Below are positions 47,118 to 52,342 of a stretch of 52,342 nucleotides of DNA, piece after piece. A program made the translations under genes and the position numbers. Every line of letters begins with the position of its first letter. The first letter of the stretch is position 1. The notes below the pieces were generated by a model, which searched no databases, had not been told where the DNA came from, and saw nothing but the letters and a program-made list of their open reading frames with translations. The DNA is from a virus (lineage: Duplodnaviria; Caudoviricetes): positions 1-52,342 of the IMG/VR virus record IMGVR_UViG_3300020166_000031, one strand, 5' to 3'.

Positions 47118-48304
47118 TAGTTATTTACCAGATAGTTTGCTTCTAATTTTCTACGCGAAGAATAACTATCTCCAAAGTTTCTAAGTTCTTGTTCCGCTTT
47201 TGACCAATCACCGTTGGTTATATGCTTCCAAAAGATAGGTGCTCTTGTAGGTAAGTCACCATATTGAAATGCTACAGAGGCAACAACTGTTGCTTGACCC
47301 TTAGTCAAATCGTCAAAGGCAACAGAGCTTGAACTGTTTTCCCAATCTTTTTTAAGTCTATCAATCTCCTGCTGTTTAGCAAATTTGTTAATTGTAACAC
47401 CTTCTGCATCTGTTATAACTAGAGGGTTTGCTTTTATATATGTATCTGCTGATGAACCCTTCAGACCTAAGTAAGGTTTCAGTTTGCTTACCAAAGATGT
47501 AGGAAGACCTTTTAAATCTGCTTCATTCCTTTGACCTAAGTCAAAACCAGAGGCTATGGTAGAACCAGAGTTATCAAGTGGATTACCTTTTTTATCTGTA
47601 GGAACGTACATACTTAGTTTATAACCCTCACGTTTTTTTATAAAGTCAAAGTCAACATTAGCAGGAACAACACCCTTACTTACATTAGTTAGTGCTATAC
47701 GCTCTTTTGTAGTAAGAGATCTACTTGGCATAGCAACCTTCTCACCCGGCCTAATCATATCAGGGTTAGCAATCTGTGGGTTAGCATCTATTAACTCTTG
47801 TAAAGACACATCCTTATCCTTAGCTATAGCTGTTAGTGTGTCTCCAGCCTTAACAGTAACGTCTTCTGTTTCACCTGTATAAACTTCTGGTACAGCCATA
47901 TCAGCCATATCAGCTGCTATACCATCTTCAACAGCAACACCACGCAAGTAATCTTCAAGCTCAGTCTTCATCTCTTGCATGTTCTTCTGATCATACAAGC
48001 CCATAGGTGTTATTCTTGTTTCTTTATTTGCTGATAGTCTAGCTCCAGACTCAGCCAAAGAAGTAGCAGTAGCACTATACAATGCAGACGCTGGTGTTAG
48101 TCTTTTGTCTGACTTGTTATCATTGTCATTACTAGAATATACAGGCTTAGGTGCAGAGAATACTGCAGACTCACCTTTTCTATCAGCCCTAGACGTACCA
48201 CTGGGACGTGTTCCTAATCCTTTAGGACGTAACTTAGGACGTGTAGTTTTATTAGGATTATAGTAGCTTGATACAGCGTTTGGGTTATAACCTGGTTCTG
48301 GCAT
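47117..48304 (-). CDS. Peptidoglycan hydrolase with LysM and pesticin-like muramidase domains
   Basis: VKAGDTLTAIA...ANPQIANPDMIRPG; FIKKREG...SGSTIASGFDLGQ...SVAFQYG; start moved to ATG 48304. Confidence 0.8.
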   Translation of the reverse strand: MPEPGYNPNAVSSYYNPNKTTRPKLRPKGLGTRPSGTSRADRKGESAVFSAPKPVYSSNDNDNKSDKRLTPASALYSATATSLAESGARLSANKETRITPMGLYDQKNMQEMKTELEDYLRGVAVEDGIAADMADMAVPEVYTGETEDVTVKAGDTLTAIAKDKDVSLQELIDANPQIANPDMIRPGEKVAMPSRSLTTKERIALTNVSKGVVPANVDFDFIKKREGYKLSMYVPTDKKGNPLDNSGSTIASGFDLGQRNEADLKGLPTSLVSKLKPYLGLKGSSADTYIKANPLVITDAEGVTINKFAKQQEIDRLKKDWENSSSSVAFDDLTKGQATVVASVAFQYGDLPTRAPIFWKHITNGDWSKAEQELRNFGDSYSSRRKLEANYLVNN

Positions 48305-48320
48305 AGTTTGATTTACCTTC

Positions 48321-50150
48321 TTACTTTCCGAATAATACATCTGCGGCGTTAACAGCAATAGCTCCGAGGAACGAACCTGATGCAGCAGATAAGCCACTAG
48401 AGTCAGTGTCACCACCAGCAGCAGCAGAAGCTTCAGCTTGAATCTTAGAAATGGCAATGTTAGCATCCCTTTGAGCTGCATTCTCACCCGACTGCCAAGC
48501 CCAAGCCAGAATATCTCGTTCACGTTGAACCATATTATTATATGCAGTCATGGTTAAGTTGTTGGCTACAAGAGCCGCGTCACGATTAGCTTGGTTGTCT
48601 GCGGCATTCTCAGCTGTTGTTACAGACTGCGCCCACTGAGCGTTAGACTGAGCTACAATCAAATGATTAGTAGCGTTGAACTGATCACGTGCATTCTCTT
48701 GATCTGAGTTAAACCTAGATAAAGCATTAGCTTCACCAGCGTTGAAACGAGACATAGCATTGTTTTGCTCAGAGTTAAACTGTGATACCTGCGTAGCAAG
48801 TGTAGCAAAGAACTGGTTAGTCTGATTCTCAGAAGTAGCATTAAACTGTCTAGCTGCATTCTCTTGTGCTGTATCAGATAGAATAGTATTAACACGTTGT
48901 TGTGCTACAAACATACTTGTCTGTTGCTCGTTGCTAAGATTAGCCATATCCATCTGTAAGAAAGCTTGAGCGTTTTGTACTTGTGCTTGTTGTCTATTGT
49001 TTAGATTAGTTAAGTCCATCTGAGACATAGTTGCCGCATCAGCCATAACCTTAGCCTGACGATTACTTAGGTTTTCTAAGTTCATAGTCTGAGCCATCCT
49101 AGCATTCTCAAGAGCTACCTGCTGTTGTGCAGTAAAGTTCATGTTAGCTATCTCAGATATTCTAGATGCGTTCTGAACCTTAGCTTGGAACTCTTGAGTA
49201 AACTCCATGTTGAGGAAGCCAGCACGTTGACGTGCAGACTCCATAGCAACCTCTTGCTTATTAGATGCATCCATCTGTGCAATAGGTAATGCAGATTCCA
49301 TAGCCGCTTGTACTATAGCCATACCAGCCAGTGATGATGCACCTAAGCCACGCGCAGCCATAGTAGCTGTAGCATTCCTCATAGCTCCTGCAGCCCAAGT
49401 TGGTGTAGCTCCACCCTCAAAGTCTGCCATAAGAGAGTCTAACTCATCCTTAACACTAGCCGCTTCTAGCTTCTGTGTTCCATAAATGTCTTGTACTTTT
49501 GTTTGATCTACAGCTGAGCCATCAATCATCTCTCCAGTTTCAACAACACGGGTAGGAGCATCTTCTACTTTAGCCGCCTCACCCTGTGCCGCCTGTAGAT
49601 CTAATTGAGCTAACTTAGTAGGATCTCCTGTAGCCGCTGTCATAGTAGCTTCGTCACTTACTACACCTGTAGCTGGAGTAACACCTGAGAGGGCTGTATC
49701 TACTGCTGGAGTAGCTGTAACAGAGTCTATAGTAGCTGGTTGTACAATGGGTGCTGCTACAGCATCTGGGGAAGGCATAGCTGTTGTAACACCTGCTGTG
49801 CTTACATCACCTGCTTGACCTGTACCTGTAGCAATGTCTGTGCCTACACCTTTATCTGCCTCTGTTTCAGCCTTAATAGTTAGCTTACGAGGATCAGACG
49901 TAATAGCCTTAGTCATGATGTTAGCGCCGCTGTTGATAGTTACACCACCCTCAGCCATCATCTTAACAGGTTTACCTTCTATGGTACGCCTAGCCGCTAG
50001 TGTAAACTTACCCATCTTAGATGCGGCGCTGGGGTTAGCTGCTAGAAAGAGATTAATAGACTTATTGTCCATAGGGCCATTGTAACCCAGCGCTGGTAAA
50101 ACCTTCTTTTGTAGTGTCTCAGGTTTAAACCCTATAAACTTTTTTGCCAT
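48321..50150 (-). CDS. Putative internal virion/DNA-transfer protein
   Basis: A/Q/N-rich helical repeats, ARGLGASS motif. Confidence 0.6.
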   Translation of the reverse strand: MAKKFIGFKPETLQKKVLPALGYNGPMDNKSINLFLAANPSAASKMGKFTLAARRTIEGKPVKMMAEGGVTINSGANIMTKAITSDPRKLTIKAETEADKGVGTDIATGTGQAGDVSTAGVTTAMPSPDAVAAPIVQPATIDSVTATPAVDTALSGVTPATGVVSDEATMTAATGDPTKLAQLDLQAAQGEAAKVEDAPTRVVETGEMIDGSAVDQTKVQDIYGTQKLEAASVKDELDSLMADFEGGATPTWAAGAMRNATATMAARGLGASSLAGMAIVQAAMESALPIAQMDASNKQEVAMESARQRAGFLNMEFTQEFQAKVQNASRISEIANMNFTAQQQVALENARMAQTMNLENLSNRQAKVMADAATMSQMDLTNLNNRQQAQVQNAQAFLQMDMANLSNEQQTSMFVAQQRVNTILSDTAQENAARQFNATSENQTNQFFATLATQVSQFNSEQNNAMSRFNAGEANALSRFNSDQENARDQFNATNHLIVAQSNAQWAQSVTTAENAADNQANRDAALVANNLTMTAYNNMVQRERDILAWAWQSGENAAQRDANIAISKIQAEASAAAGGDTDSSGLSAASGSFLGAIAVNAADVLFGK

Positions 50151-50152
50151 AA

Positions 50153-50410
50153 TTATTTATTCCCTAACTGCATCCACACTGCACCAGCAATGAATGTTAA
50201 AATAGCTATTGTTGTTACCTTGACCACGGTAGACCAGATACCTCTACGTGTATCACGCCATACGTCAAGTAGGTCTCTCATCTCGTTTATATCTTTAGCC
50301 GCTGTAGAATCGTGTAATCCTATAGATGATAGAGCTTGTTTAGCCCCACGCTTAGCTGCACGGTCTAGCATAGATTCTAACTCATCTGGTGTCAAGTTAA
50401 TGTTAGCCAT
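50153..50410 (-). CDS. Small membrane protein (DUF6127-like)
   Basis: AAKRGAKQAL..IGL...DINEMRDLLD.W plus C-terminal TM segment. Confidence 0.65.
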   Translation of the reverse strand: MANINLTPDELESMLDRAAKRGAKQALSSIGLHDSTAAKDINEMRDLLDVWRDTRRGIWSTVVKVTTIAILTFIAGAVWMQLGNK

Positions 50411-50434
50411 TAGACAAGCTCCAACTCTCAGTCA

Positions 50435-50680
50435 TTAGCTTGCTGTGTAACCATTGCCAGCAGTAATAGCCGCATTAGATGCAGTCATACTTTCGTCTGT
50501 CCAGTAATCTTTAGCAACCATTAGTTCTAGGTGTGCTACGTTACGATCCACACAGTCTTGTCGATCTTCTGCATCATCATCTGCCATAGCATTACCTGCT
50601 ATCACGTCATTGATAAGTGCAACTGAATCACCCATTGCTGAGTAGTTCTGTGCGATTTGTTCTGCTGTTAAGTCATCCAT
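50435..50680 (-). CDS. Tail-fibre-associated small acidic protein
   Basis: RNVAHLELM motif; follows the fibre gene. Confidence 0.7.
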   Translation of the reverse strand: MDDLTAEQIAQNYSAMGDSVALINDVIAGNAMADDDAEDRQDCVDRNVAHLELMVAKDYWTDESMTASNAAITAGNGYTAS

Positions 50681-50683
50681 TGG

Positions 50684-52342
50684 TTATGCTCCTTCTAAAG
50701 CTGTAATACGAGCCTCTAGCTCTTGGATTGTTTTTACTAATAGTGGTACAAGTTTAGACTGATCTATGCCTTGGTAGACAGGGTTGCCATCTGCATCTAC
50801 TTCGTTGTGTGTGCCTGTTACTGCTTCTGGTACAACTGCTTGTGCTTCGTGAGCTAAGAAACCATCGACTACTACATCTGTACCATCAGCAATAAAGTTA
50901 AACCTTGCTGGCTTGAGTTGCTTTAGTCTAGTTGTTGCATCCCATGTGTAGTCTACGTTTTCTTTCAGGCGATGGTCTGATGTGGTGTTGTATTGTGTGC
51001 TACTATTTTGAGTGGATATATAACCAACTTGTCCGCCAGAATTATAAAAACGATTGTGATAATGAAAGCCAGTGGTGCCAGATTTTGTTTCTATCCCAGA
51101 CCCGTTAGCATTAATCTTTATACCTGAACTACCACCTGTAGTAGCAAATCCTGTGCCAATAAGAACTGCATTTGAACTATCAATATGAACCCTAGGATTA
51201 CCATCCCCATCAGACAACACGATGATGTTGCTTAAGGTGCGGATGTCTAGGCCGCCTTGGTTGCCGTTGTAACGTCCAAGGATGGTGTTCTTCTGCCCTG
51301 ACGTTACTTGCCAACCTGATGAAGTACCTAAAAATGTGTTATTAGAATTTGTGGTACTGCGTCCTGCATACTCTCCTATAAACACATTTCCATCTGCAGT
51401 TTGGTTGCTATATCCAGCATCACGTCCCATAAGAGTATTGTTTGTCCCCGTAGTATTACTATACCCAGCGTCATACCCCACGGCTACGTTGTGGTTACCT
51501 GTAGTGTTTCTGCTTAACGTCTCTTTGCCAATAGCTACGTTGTTAGCACCAGTAGTATTACGAGTAAGTGCCTCATACCCAATACCAACTTGATCACTGC
51601 CTGTAGTTGTTTGGTACATTGCATCTTTACCCATAGAAACATTACGAGTACCTGTAGTATTATCATGCGATGCCCGATACCCAACAGCCGTGTTGTTACT
51701 TGCGGTGGTGTTGGAGCGTAGAGCAGATGTTCCAATTCCAATGTTGCTACTTCCAGTAGTGTTAGTCAGTAAAGATGCAACACCCATTCCAATGTTGTTG
51801 TTCCCAGTAGTGTTATTAGCCGCCGCACTTTCACCTACAGCAACTAAATTAGTTCCAGTAGTATTATCAAATCCAGCCTGATACCCAACTGCTGTGTTGT
51901 TGCTTGCGGTGTTGTTTTCTAGTGCTTCACGGCCTATGGCTACGTTACTGCTACCTGTTGTGTTAAATTGCAACGCTTGATAACCTATCGAAACATTAGA
52001 ACCTCCACTTGTTAATCGGTATAATGTTTCAGCGCCAAGCCCTACATTATGAGAACCAGTTACAACACCAAGACCAGCAGACAACCCTCCAACAAAAGTA
52101 TTAGCAGCACCAGTAGTAGCGTTTAAACTAGCCTGATACCCAACAGCAGTGTTGTAGCTTGCGGTGGTGTTTTGCTGTAGTGCTTTTGAACCTAAAGCGG
52201 TGTTGTTAGAGCCACTTGTTATAAATCGTAGTGTGCTTTCACCAATAGATACATTGTTATTTCCTGTTACAGTAGCAGAACCCATAGAGAGCCTACCCAT
52301 AGAAGTGTTTGCCGCACCAGTAGTATTTCCGTAAAGAGAAAA
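50684..52342 (-). CDS. Tail fibre/spike C-terminal part with intramolecular chaperone (peptidase S74) domain
   Basis: Frame open to the window end; NTTGxxNxAxG repeats; TSDHRLKENV cleavage motif and GFLAHE. Confidence 0.88.
   Translation of the reverse strand, partial: FSLYGNTTGAANTSMGRLSMGSATVTGNNNVSIGESTLRFITSGSNNTALGSKALQQNTTASYNTAVGYQASLNATTGAANTFVGGLSAGLGVVTGSHNVGLGAETLYRLTSGGSNVSIGYQALQFNTTGSSNVAIGREALENNTASNNTAVGYQAGFDNTTGTNLVAVGESAAANNTTGNNNIGMGVASLLTNTTGSSNIGIGTSALRSNTTASNNTAVGYRASHDNTTGTRNVSMGKDAMYQTTTGSDQVGIGYEALTRNTTGANNVAIGKETLSRNTTGNHNVAVGYDAGYSNTTGTNNTLMGRDAGYSNQTADGNVFIGEYAGRSTTNSNNTFLGTSSGWQVTSGQKNTILGRYNGNQGGLDIRTLSNIIVLSDGDGNPRVHIDSSNAVLIGTGFATTGGSSGIKINANGSGIETKSGTTGFHYHNRFYNSGGQVGYISTQNSSTQYNTTSDHRLKENVDYTWDATTRLKQLKPARFNFIADGTDVVVDGFLAHEAQAVVPEAVTGTHNEVDADGNPVYQGIDQSKLVPLLVKTIQELEARITALEGA

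Noticed and set aside
48305-48523. N-terminal 73 aa of the 468-aa track ORF
   Set aside because: Overlaps the upstream gene out of frame; the ATG at 48304 has an AAGG RBS.

Overview
This window is a near-complete (~52 kb) genome of a marine podovirus, most consistent with the HMO-2011-type phages of alphaproteobacteria (Roseobacter/SAR116). The diagnostic feature is a family A DNA polymerase with a DnaJ-type zinc-finger insert, together with a tyrosine recombinase, MazG, class II RNR and no RNA polymerase. Two divergent arms leave a ~1 kb non-coding control region (21842-22894). The plus arm (22895-41227) carries early, DNA-modification, replication and nucleotide-metabolism genes. The minus arm carries packaging, head, tail-fibre, lysis and internal-virion genes, and wraps across the window ends inside a repetitive tail-fibre gene. 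The most notable observations are: (1) a ~1,100-aa modular protein between portal and scaffold with a pre-toxin-like segment and a methyltransferase cargo, punctuated by a [FYM]xxGG motif that recurs in other late proteins; (2) a CCUCC-rich anti-Shine-Dalgarno hairpin in the late leader plus a DUF1127 gene; (3) a hidden gene that appears to start at ATA; (4) alphaproteobacterial LexA-type boxes upstream of the early genes; (5) a stand-alone NrdR-like zinc ribbon; (6) an Acb2/Tad1-like small protein. All product calls come from motif recognition by eye; no database search was run.
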